Assembly: GCA_964247055.1 (NCBI GenBank)
Contig: OZ176052.1
Coordinates: forward strand, 11,346,001-11,410,000
Reading direction: 5' to 3'
Source: Paragordius varius
Lineage: Eukaryota; Animalia; Nematomorpha
Length of the DNA stretch: 64,000 nucleotides
The notes beneath the pieces were generated by a model. It saw only the letters and a list, made by a program, of their open reading frames with translations, was not told the origin of the DNA and made no database searches. The translations under genes and the position numbers were made by a program. Shown in pieces: positions 37,493-50,394 of this stretch (position 1 is its first letter; every line of letters starts with the position of its first letter).

Positions 37493-40400
37493 ATGGTAAA
37501 TTTTTTAGGACACATGTTTGAAGACGAGATAAAAGTTTTCGATTCGCAATCGCAGATCTTAAATAAAAGAGACATCACCCAAGTTTTTGATAAAATAATT
37601 TAGTAGGGTTTTGTCTCAAAGTATGGAATGGATTTGATCAGAATGCTGAAATTATCAGAAGCCATGGATAACAAATTGGAATTGGTATTTATGCAATATA
37701 TTGATAGATATCAAAATCAATATCCAACATTATTCTGAAAAAAAGCTCCGTATTTTTATCTGAACTTGAAAGGGTTGAGATTTTGCGTGGAGAACTTAAT
37801 CAAATAGCGCTCTCATTAAAAGAAATTAATACGTTTAATATATTATCTAAATTAGCTTATTACATACTTACTGTAAAGTTTTGGGTCATATATTTCGATG
37901 TATTAAGTCGTGTCAATATATACAACGAAAAAGATGTCTAACTCGTTATATGAATGATATAAGGAGCATAGTATAAATTTTATATTTAATTATTAGTACA
38001 AATCAGAAAATGATATGAAACTCCGATTGCAGCAGAAAAATTTTTGTGAAGCTATAAAGATTTGTTTAAATATTCGTGAACAATCTCAACTTTTAACGAA
38101 ATTTCTCTGTGTTCGGTAGTTTCATTTTTTGTTAAATTTATATGTATTTAATTTTAATCAAATTAATTTTGGAATACTATACATTAGTTATGTCCACACA
38201 ATTTTTCATTCTAAATATTTTACAGTCAATTATCCTCCAAACTTAGCGATTCTTTGGATTATATTGAAGAGTCGATGGACCAAACCTTAGGGACTACAAC
38301 ATATACATGTGATATGTCAGTTTGGGATACCGGTGGTATTTTCCAAGACATTATACAAGCTAATGTTTTATTACGTAAGATTTTTATTTTTTTACCATAA
38401 TAATTTATTGAATATGCACATGACAGTCTAACCGTATTTGATAAAAGGCACAAGACAGCATAAATTATTTTATCATATTTTTTAATTGAAAGATATTACT
38501 AACTACATTAAAAAGCATTAAAATGATTTTTTATTCAATCCAAAATTTAAGGAAAATGGCCATTGACACCAGAAAACACTATCTTTGAAAAAAATTACTA
38601 TATTTTTTAGAGGTTTTAGAATATGCTATTTGGTATATAAATAATGCAATTGATATCATTATTATACATCAAATTTACAATTTAAATTATAATGTAAGGT
38701 GTTTTAAAAATTTTAGAGGACAGTAATTGTTTTAAGATTCCAAAGTAACACTCATCTGCCCTAGGCCCATGGTAATAGCTAGAAGTTTTGTTATATGCTT
38801 TAAGCTTATTTTTTTACCTTATAAAAAGTATCGGACAAAAAAAATTCGAAAAATTCTTTTTTTTTCAAAAGAGCAAAAAGGGTCGATTCGCATAAATTAT
38901 CTCACAAAAATGGTTTAATGTATTGATATTTAACAATATAAATTATAGGATAATATATGATGCAAACATCAGCAAATTCATACATTTTCATTAGGAACTT
39001 CTAACTTATCAAATTAAATAAAAATAAAATAAAAAATACTATAAATATTTTATAAAGATAAGGTATTCATTTATAAATGTTATCATTAATTTGTTGAAAA
39101 TTACTGCTTCAGCCTAATGCATAATGCAAAAATTATTTATTCGAAATATAAATTTTTATATAACCATTTAAAATTTTTCATATTTTTATCTATAGAAAAA
39201 AATCACATAGCTCTTGATCAATTACTTATGCATTACACGTCGAGTGTGCATCAAAATGCATACGAAGCCTTATACAAATTCTATAATCCCACTGATGTTA
39301 CACCTCATAATTCTTTTACAGAAAAATTGGGTTATTCTGATGACACAACACTTTTACATTCCTCCGATTCTTCCCATCACACTCAATTTATCCAATTTGG
39401 TGATTTAATACAGGTTCAATTTTTTTACATAAATAAATGCCTTTTTATAATTTATGTTTTATATTTTTTGCTTTTTTTCTTTTACTTGAATTTACTTGAT
39501 TTAGTTTTCGTTAAATGATTTTCTTTCCTGTATAAAAATTTGGTCTTTTTTTTGTTTTCATTCATAAAAAAAAAATTTGAAATGTGTATTGCTGTTTAAA
39601 AACTGCGATAAATTTTATTAACAAACACATATAAAGTTATGATAAATTATTTATCATCTTTATAGCCAAGGATATACAATACATTTGTTTAAACCTTTTT
39701 TAGGGAATTAACTGTGATCACTTAATCCCATGCTTAATTGAAATGCTCAATCGATTCCTAATCATTATTGTCTGTTATGGAAAAACAATAAATTGGTACA
39801 TTTCTCACCATTTTGACCCGTTAAAAGATGATAAAAAAATAGACTTCTCACCTTCTAACAAAGGCCCCTTAAACCATTTAGATATGCCTATGATCAATGA
39901 AAACGAATTAGATTACACAAATTATAAAATTTATACTTTCCATAAATTGAATCATGGCATAAAACGAATATCACAAGATATGTTTACCAAATTACTTATT
40001 TTCCCTCTCAAGGCAAAGGGTGCTGCGGAAGAATTGCCCTACACGCAATATGTGCAATATATGGCGCTCTTTTTAAAGTAAGCAAAAATGTTTATTTGCT
40101 TTATAAATGTGTATTTTTGGTTACCATAACATTTTTAAATATATTTTGTTTTCAACAATTCAATTATTTGGAAATAAATATACATTTTTTGATTGATAAA
40201 ATGTTTAAACACATAATATATATTTTTTCAGGTTTTTTTTAAATAAATTTTTTGGTTTTGTTTAAAAATTACTGAAATATATATTTTTACATTTGTTTAG
40301 ATATTAACTTAATAGTTTTTTAAATTTTTAATTCAATATTGGGTCATTTGAATAAAACTAAATATCTATAACATAATTAGCATTTACTTCGTTTTATTCA

Positions 40401-43400
40401 ACCGCCCCTATATATTTTGACTTAATTATAGATTTATAGGATTTATCAATACTGTATTCAATGTTCCAATCCCCTTCGATATACACAATGGCATAAAACA
40501 ACACATAATAGATTATCTTTATCATTATCACAAGTTAATAAATTTTATCGTTTTCATAAATTTTGATCGATTTTTTAAAAAAATACTCTTTAAAAGTAAG
40601 TATTTTGCAAAAAATTTTTTTTATCCATTTTTGTTTTCAGGTCTCAAATAGATGAGCTAAAAATGCATTTAGAAAACGAAGGTTGGAACGAATGTCCAGT
40701 TAACACTGATTTCGATTGGGCAACTTTGTCTGAATATGCATTTTTAAATCAGAATATTTCTTTTCCACCAGATACATATGCGGATAATATTAACACTCAA
40801 AGGCCACAAACCTCAACGGTTACAAACAGTAATTCAGGTATATGTTAAAATTATATATTATATAATTTTTAATTTTACAAAAATAACTTATATAATTACC
40901 CTGTGTTGGTTTGGGAAATGATTTTTTTATTATGTGTAATGGTTAAAAAATACTTGCAACCCGGGTATTTTGTAGAGATGTTTACAAATTTTTTACGGTT
41001 ATATCTTGAAAAGTAGGATTTATTTTCTAATATGCAGATCAGCATAGTTTATTGGTCTAATGAAAATGGTTCCTAAAATCTTTATTGTTTTTATGGTATT
41101 TCTTTTATTATTACAGACAACAATATGCAAAATAAAGGTGATGATCACCACAAAAACTTAAACGAGACCAGTGCTAGCAATACAAACACACAAACAAATA
41201 CAACAATAACTTATTTAACTAATGTTAGTCAAAAATTATGTAACATAACACAGCAAAATCAATACAATAATCAATTAAGTATTAGTATAGATGCATTAGA
41301 TCCACAAATGATCGCTTCAAAATCTTTTATATTACAAAAGGGCTCAGTGACAAATTCAGTTCCAAAGACAACTACATCCAGTACAATAGTAGGCAATGAA
41401 ACACCAAATATCATTGTAGTTAATTCTACACTTAACGTTTTACGGATTGCGGGTAAAAAAAGTTTTATTCTTAAGTATAAAAAAAATCATTGCTAAACTT
41501 TTTTTTAAATACATTCTTATTGATAGCCAAATATTTGCGGATTTTATGGTTATATCCCAAAGCTATTGAGTGTGAAATTAAACAAGGCATTAAACAACTC
41601 TATCAACTCTATTTTTTTACCGTATATCAATGCATCATTGGAAAATATCATGTAAGATAACTGATAATTTAACTTTTTTATATGTTTTTTAATCTCTACA
41701 ATATTTAATAAATATTTAGTTTAATATTTTATCTCACTTTGGTCTTAAAAAAGGTTTTGGCTTATAAAAAGACTCATTTTTATAAAATGTAAAATGCATT
41801 GGTACTATGCTTTAAGTTTTGCGGTTTATTACATTTAATTATATATTTTCACAAAGTAACATATTTGAGCGAAAATAAATTAATTCAATTATTTTAATTT
41901 ATTTTAATGACAAAATTTATAGTTTTTCAGCATTTGGATAAAACTATTTAATATGTAATACAAGTTAGATATGGTTGAACACGTACTTCAACCAGAATTC
42001 GTGGAATATATCAATGCAATAAAAAGAAACGTTTTTGCCAATAAAACCTTAAGTGGTGAACATTTACCGAATAGTGAAAATGCACAAATCAATATGAATT
42101 TTCAGCAAAATGGAATCGAGGATATTATAACGGATACATTTCCATCAGTTAATATTTCTAATTAAAAAAAATTTTATCTATACTTTTTATTTGGATAATT
42201 TAAGGCATCAAAATTTAAGGGTACATATTTTAAATAACAATTATAAATTATTATATTTGAAACCCTAGTCATTACATACTTGATACTTGAATAATATTTT
42301 TCCTGAAAATTATTTCGATATATCGATATACGATTGGTCGTTTGTTAGATGATAAGATATCCATAATATAGTTTACCTAATCATTGGTTGTAAATAATGC
42401 AAAATAAACTGGTTACATAATCGGATGTTTTAATTTTTGTAAACCTATTTTTACCAAAAGTATATTGAATTCGAAGAGAATATCGCGATTAGTAACCATT
42501 GTACGTTTTTGACTTTTTGACATTTTCATTACTATTTATACCTTGTCTATATTATATAGGGTTAGGGTTAAATTATAGTAAAAAGCGGCTTTTCATAATA
42601 GTAGCAAATTGCTGGATTAGACCTTCACTTCTTTTAAACTCAAATATTTATATATTTTAGACTTACAAAATCCCGGTAAAATTAAGCGATGTGAATAAAT
42701 ACGAACTTACAAAGTGGGATAATTTACAACATTTAGTTCAGCACATAGCTATTCAAACTGAGTCTCTTCTCTATCTCGCTAAATGTTTTGCTCAAATGGA
42801 CCATATAATATTAGAATATGGTAAAACTTTGAAGTTTGATTCAACCCCAACTCAAGATAATGTTATAAATTCTGCAGAATCATCAACAATAGCCACAATC
42901 ATTGTAATTTTTCATTTTTTTTGTTTTTTAGCATAGAATCAATAATGTTAATATCTAATTTTGGTTTTATCATTTTTGAAGACGAACGATGATATATCAA
43001 TGTGTGAGTTATTACAAAAGTTTGGAGCCTACATAATTGCTCTTTACTTCTTTAATTACTCAGTTATAATGCAACAAATAACGACACAAGTTGATTGGGA
43101 TTTAAGGGAATTGGCATCACGACACAATCCATACATTGATGCAATTTGTCAAGTAATGATTTTTAAACAATATTTTTTTATTAACTACTTTTTATAAAGT
43201 TAGAGACTAAAAGGCAAAAATTATGGTTTATTTGATGAAAATATAAATCTATTATGAATTTATTTTAATGATTTTTATTTATTAAAAAGCTGAGCTTAAA
43301 AACAAAGAAAATTATAATAAGTTTCGAAATGTTTTGGTGACCCGGTTATCAAATGATTGGGTACCAAATTAATTAACAAAAATTGAGATAAATTCCGGTT

Positions 43401-44900
43401 ATTTGTTATAATAAAACCTCCTGGAATATATTAACATAACGTCTTGCCGTTTTTCCTTATTTTATTATATATTTTTTACATTATATATAGAGGTTTAACG
43501 CTTTACTTACGGTTTTAAAACAATTCGATAACCCTAAACAACCACTCATAACAGCCTTGTTTAAAAATGATATCGTAACAAACTGTATTAGTGTGGTACT
43601 TCGAACTATGGTTGATGGGTAAAAAATTAATTAAAACTTACTTTTATTTAATATTATAATTGATACAATATATTTAATTTGGGTTGTTATTAGAAATGAT
43701 TTAACATTTTTTAATAAATTTTCCTCGGTAGATAACAATAAAATTATATTTTTACATAACAAAAGGTTTTCCATGATTAAAAAGTGCAGTAATGAGGGTA
43801 GAGCTCTCATGCAACTTGATTTTCAACATTTGCTCCTAAGCATACAAGATATGACTAATCTCAGGTATTCTTACTAAAATTACATTTAACAGGGGTGTCG
43901 AGTTCATAAATAATTTTAGATTTTAAACATAAGATTGCAAAATACAACGCAATATAACGATTTTTTTTATTTCTTGTTAATTGGATAAACTTATTTCGGA
44001 AAATTGATTTAGAAATATCAAATCTATTTAAAATTTGTGAACATATCAAATTATGAATTTCTAAATTTTCGCGGGCCTCACATAAAGCTTATTGGGCCTG
44101 GTGTTTTACACCCCTGGCATATATATATATGCACCTTTTTAAATATTTTATATTAAAAATTTTATTTATCATTACATTTGAAAGGGAAATACCTGATCGT
44201 GAATTTTTGGACAATTATATTAAGGCCTATTACCTAGGCGAAACAGACATTGAACAATGGTGTACACAACATACGGTTAATTTCATTAAATTTTTTTCTG
44301 CAAGCAAACTTATATTCCCTTTATGACAAAATATATGTGATTATTTTATACCATAGTATTTAACCATTTTAAAATTTGATGTTACAAATAAAAAATATGA
44401 TGGACATGCTATAATTATCAAGAGATATATTTATTAAATAAAATTTAGTCTCCTTTAGATTTAAAAAACTTTAGGATCTTTATATATTTTAAATCTACCA
44501 AATATTTTTTGTCTTTTCATAATGATATGGGGTGACTTTGTAAAAATATCTTTTTATATTTCACTTTTTTGTGCACTTTATTTCAAGTTTTACGGTAAAA
44601 TATATCATTTTGAGCACCTTTGGCCCTACACCCAAATATCTTGTTATAGCTTATTATTGACTCTATTCATATTTTAATTTTCATGTAATGCAGGAATATT
44701 CGAATAAACATCTCACTGCCTTATTAATGCACATGGGTCACCTTACAAAGAAAACGAGAAATAAAATTATTCAATTAATTACCACTGGTCAATTGTCAAA
44801 TAAAAATGACCATAATCTCTGTAATCACATGACTAATGACAACACAAACATAGTAAATTCCAATAATAATTCTTCCAACATTGAAACGCAAAATGAATAA
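37493..44900 (+). CDS. VPS50: Syndetin / VPS50 (CCDC132), EARP complex subunit, multi-exon
   Basis: ISKSISNIILKK...ELERV, QRKR, LSSKLSDSLDYIEE, IALDQLLMHY, VVNSTLNVLRIAGKY, WDLRELASRHNPYID, and C-terminal IPDREFLDNYIKAYYL..DIEQW..H-EYSNKHL...KKTRNKII match syndetin. The start may be 37493 or the in-frame ATG at 37514. Confidence 0.9.
43888..44116. mobile_element. hAT-type MITE in a VPS50 intron
   Basis: Termini CAGGGGTGTC...TACACCCCTG with subterminal GGGCC motifs; no clear 8-bp TSD. Confidence 0.65.
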
Positions 44901-45470
44901 TAAAATTGTTGAATCACTTATAAATATTTTTGGCACAAATATATTTTGGCATTTTAATATTGACACACACACACACATATATATATTGATTGATATTGGT
45001 ATATTTTTAACATTCTATTTTTATATTTTTACCCACATAATTTATGATTTTTGATGTATTTTATTAGAAAATTGAATAAAATATTAACCCTTGTATGACA
45101 TTATTTTAAGGTATTTATAATATGGAATCACACAAATACAAGCTAAGTTTTAGTAATATTGACTTTAATAGGCCGTACGAAATTGAGTATTCTAAAATTA
45201 TTTAAAATCCAGTCTTTATTCTGCATATATTGCTAATAGAGCTCAATTTAGAATGAAGATAATATTACGCTAAAACATATTTAATTAATTTATTACAATT
45301 TTATATAAATTAAATTTTTGGCTATACAGGTTCGTATTTGTGTGCGTACATATAAATATATTAATTTATTTAATATATATAAAACATGGACTAAACATAA
45401 CAAAAGATTGACATAATATAATTGTTATAATATAATTTTAGACTTAAAAATTGCTTTGGAATGGTTTCTT

Positions 45471-48400
45471 TCATATTTCATCTACTGTAGGTGAAAATTG
45501 GTTGAGTAGCTCTAAAAACCTAAATGTGGTAATAATACATTTTAATTTAAATAATTTAGCAACGATTATATTTATGAGGAAAATTCAATTTAATTTTGAA
45601 TGTATTATTATAAAGTAATAGGCGCATTCCTTAGATAAATTTGAAACTTAGGAGGTCCTGTTTATTAGATATGTAAAATGTTTAAATGGTAAATTCATTG
45701 ATTATAAATTAAAATTAAGTTATTTGCAATCAATTTTACTCCAATTAAATAAGAAATGCCAATAGATATAAACTCTTTGATATAAAAATTATATCTAAAT
45801 GCTAAATCTTACATTTGACTATTTATAACATTGGTACCTCCAAGCACCACTTGGCAACTATTGGGTAAGCTTGTATCATTGGCTTTGTTAAATAAATAAG
45901 TGTTTAAGATTTCTTCATAGGTTATGCCACCAATGATAAATACAACAATTTCTTTTGGTCTAACATAGCCATAAAATATATTAAGAATTTTAATATGGAA
46001 CAATCCAAATATAAAAACTTTGTCTAACCTTAATGGAGTAAAATAACCATAAATTATATTACATATAGTTTTTGGCTATAAATACCTTTCATTTCGCATC
46101 GACCCAAAATAAGGGTAGGCGTTTTCTTTTAGCCGTGATTTGGAGATGTCATCTAAGATTGTGTTTAGCAATGGTTTATGTTGAGTGTATATATTATCTA
46201 TTCCCTGTATGCAGCAAAAATACATGTTGTTATTTCAGTAATATATGATTTTAAAATATTTTGGCCATGTATTTTTACTTTAATTCCTTTCAAAACTTTT
46301 TTGGTGGTTTGAGAAAATGGGTCGGTTCCATGACCAAACAAATCGCTGTTTCTTACGTGTAAACCCCCAAATTCTAGGATAGTTTTTATCATTTTGAGGT
46401 AGAGTTCGCTTAAGCCACGTTTTTTGAGACATTTACCAAGATATGGGACTTCTTGAGTTGAGATTACAGAGGAATGACTTAATAGATAGATAGTGATAAA
46501 TCTTAAGGAAAAATCCATTGAATTAAAAATAATGTCATACTAATTGTTAGTTCCCATGTTATGGTTATCATAGGATGCATTGTAACTGTTTAATGGACCA
46601 CCCGTGTATGATTCGTAACACAGTTCATATAGTAACACTAACTTTAAAGCATCAATATCACGAATTTTTTCATCTAGCACGGCGCTTTTCACACTCTATA
46701 TAGACAGACATTTTAAAATCTTATTTTAAGCTAATAAGTTAATGTTTTTTCAATTCTAAAGTAAAATACTTGAAAATCTTTGGAATGTTCTGTTGAGCCT
46801 GAGGCGAGGGTTTGTTCAATTTCTGAAACGTGTAGTAATTTGTAAATGGAAACGAGTCTCGAAAGTTCAGCCAACAATGTTATGTGTTTACTCAACTTAC
46901 CAGATAGTTTTTTGAATTGTGGGTAATGTTCAACAAATTCCTATAAAGGCATATATTATATTATCGTATGTTTCGCTAAAAATAATGTAAAATTATAATT
47001 TATCAACACATTTAGTCTTGCTAATAATGCAAAAAGACAATATTTTTATCTTACAGTCAAAATATTGTACGGTGTGGTTGTATTTATATTTTGATTTCAA
47101 TAAAAAAACGAGTGATTGTGCCTTGTAATGTCTAAAAACATCCAATAATTATGCAAGTAATTTTGAAAATTTAGCAAATATTACAGACAGAAAATATAAG
47201 GGCTCATTTTTTAACAGACTAATTATGCCATAAAAATTAAGTCAAAAAAATGGATATATACTTTCATATCCGATATGGATTCAAGTTTTTGTTGAGTTTT
47301 GCTTCGAACCTGATATTCATCCATTAATACTTTGATGTTTTGGCTTAATTCACCATAATTTAAATATTGATTCTAAAGGTAATCATAATGATAAATTATA
47401 TACTTAATTAATTAAGGTGATGAAACATTTTTAACATGATTTTAAAGCTATTATTGGAAATACATTAGAAAAAAATTATATATTGGTGCATCAGCAAAAT
47501 ACCATTTCCACTACTTTTAAATCAACTTCAACAAAATTTTGATCGACCTCAAAACATTTTTTTAATTATCTTAAGGTTTATAAAAAACTGTTTAAATCAT
47601 AATTTTATGATAAACGCCAAAAAAACCGTATATTGTCGACTTTTATATTAACGAATATGTAATTATTAAATCGGTATAAAAATTTCGAATTTTTAAAATT
47701 TCAAGCCTACCATGAAAATCTTTTTTTTCCATAGTAAACATATTATTACAACTAAAATCATCAATAAAAAGAGTATTTCAATTTTATATTTTAAAAAATA
47801 ATAACAATTAATAACATTATAAAAAAAAATTATATCATTATTTTACAAAAAATGAGTCAATTGACATAATGGTTGAGTGTTTGTAACAATGTATATAAAA
47901 CAACTCCCAATATTTGTCATGTTATAATAAATTTTTGGTAATTTAATTACAAAATAATTTTTTACGATGCCTCAAAAAAGTCATTGTCAATTTTATTACC
48001 TGAAAATAAAAGTCATCGTGTTCAGGTGAGAGTACAATTTCTCGGTTTTCTTTATTAACACCCGGGGCTGTTAGCAAACTCACGCGGTTATTATTTATAC
48101 CAATTAGATCATGAACCATAGCTTGATATGTCCACTATACATAATTGTAAAAAAGAAAAGGTATGCAGTAGGAAATAAGACTTAAAATATGTAAAGTAAA
48201 GAATCAAAGTTTTTTTTATAAAAAACTGCAACACATAAAAACATGTCATAAATGCCTCTTCTATGAGAAATCAATTCAATTCGAATTTTATATGAGGAAT
48301 TAAAAGAGGAACCCCATATTTAACAATCTTGATCTTAATTGATACAAAAGGAATAATATGGTTTTTTATAGCTTTTTGGTTTTTCTATGGCGGCTCTTTG

Positions 48401-49691
48401 TAACTAGCCTTTGAATTTTATCATAGTAAATTAGGAATTGTCAAAAAATTTGATTATTTTATGATAAACCTAAGAATTATAAACATACTTGATGTAATAA
48501 AGGAGTAACTACATCTTCTCTTCTATCCATAATCAATAAGAGAGGTCTTTCACTGCTCTGTCGAAAGCTAAAAAGATCATTATCTCGGCTTAGGTTTTTC
48601 TAAAATTTATTTATAAATTTTTTACAAAACCACATTATTTTGGCAAAAGAAAATATATTGGTGTACATATTGACTTTAAAAACTTTGATAAAATAGTTTG
48701 AAAGTTTAAAAGTTACATTAAATTAAATTAATTTACATGAATAGATTCTGTCAGACGTAATGCCATTTCTGAATTACCTTGGTACCGAAGAACAGGGATC
48801 CGTTTAAGTGAAAGGAAAACACTTAAAATTCCGTCTATGCATCTCTCCAAACTTTGATAATACCAAGTATTTTTCTATAAAATCAAATTTTACCTAGAGT
48901 ATTCTATAATATAAATAATCTAATAGTGTATACCCATTAATTGTTTATTACTTAGCATTTTTATATTTACTTTCAAGAACACAAAGAAAATTTTTGCTAG
49001 GCAAGTAAAAAAGGGACATTAGGATTTATGTAATAGGTTACATTTAAAAATATATATCGATTTTGAATTTAAGGAAGATGACAGTTAGAAATAATAGAAA
49101 TTATCTTAAAATCTAAAAAAAATATTTTTCATAACATTTTGAATAATTTAAAAATAAATGAAATGGGTCCTATAAATAAATAATTACCTGATATATATGT
49201 TTTAAATTTAGACTGAAAGAAAACGAGCTGATTGCAATATAATCGGCATAATATTCCTTATAATATATTTTTTTATACTTTAATTTCTTTGACAACTTCG
49301 TATTCATCAGATTCAGCTATCATCTTAATATCGTTACGCATAATTATATTAGAAAAAACTAAATATATCAATAATTTACATAAAAAATATGACCCGTATT
49401 TAGGATCTTTAAGTTCATATGAGATTAAATTTATATTATTTTTGGTTGGACGTAGAAATGCAATACATTTTAAATATTTCAGTGGTTCCCGGGCGGTGTT
49501 AGTTATGTTTTCAAATAAATAAACTTCTTTTTGAAATATTTCGGATTGAGCATATACCATACTGATAATGGATGTCTTTAAATTAAAATTGAACTTACAG
49601 TTTCAGAATCCATTAATAGTATTTTTATTCCAGGTCCGACGTCCTCGATCATTTTCTCTATGTAATTTTTTGTAGCTAAAATCAAATTCAT
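45471..49691 (-). CDS. VPS45: Vacuolar protein sorting 45 (Sec1/Munc18 family), multi-exon
   Basis: [126 protein letters not shown] and VVLGGT; last exon 45519-45471. Confidence 0.95.
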
Positions 49692-49861
49692 GTGTTTAAT
49701 ATTTAAAAAACGTATGTTTATTTACATATCATTTATCAGGTGTGATTTCTGTACTTACATAGCGCGCAAAATCGGTGGTATAAAATGTCAAATTATATAT
49801 ATATTGTGATAGAAAAAAGTAATCATATAATGTTGCTTTTGGTTTTGAGCAATACGAAGGA

Positions 49862-50378
49862 TTAAACACTTCATACCTTTTTACTTTATGTCCTAATTCA
49901 CATATTAGGATAATTTTATATTTTTGTATACAAACTGCGGTTTTTAAGGTTATTTTAGGTAAAATTTATTTTCAAACTTTGTTCCCATGTATTAGATGAA
50001 AAGCTGATATTTTTTACAGTTTTTTAGAATCTGAAATTGAGACGGCTCCGAAACACGATTGAAACGAACAGTTTATAATTAAGTTTATAAATGTCTAAAA
50101 TTTGGTGGTAAATGGCGATTAAAAAGGTTTTCAAAGTTTAACAATCGTATTTTTTTACCATAAAAGCCATACCTTTGCTTATTGCAAGTAATTTAAATTA
50201 TAGAATAAAAATGGTGGCAAAACAATTGGAGATGAGAATTTTTTGCTATTTTCAATTTAAATTTTTTATAAAGCGTCTAAAAGACTAAAATCATATTTTA
50301 AGTTCAGCTTAATAACATAATTACTATATTCAAGTTTCAAAACGTTCTGGGTTATAAAACTAGAAAATAAGGTGTTAA
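49862..50378 (+). mobile_element. Family A TTAA MITE copy just upstream of VPS45
   Basis: Starts (T)TAAACACTTCATACC, contains aattgagacggctccgaaacacgattg, and ends TATAAAACTAGAAAATAAGGTGTTAA. Confidence 0.7.
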
Positions 50379-50394
50379 TATGAACATTTTAAAC

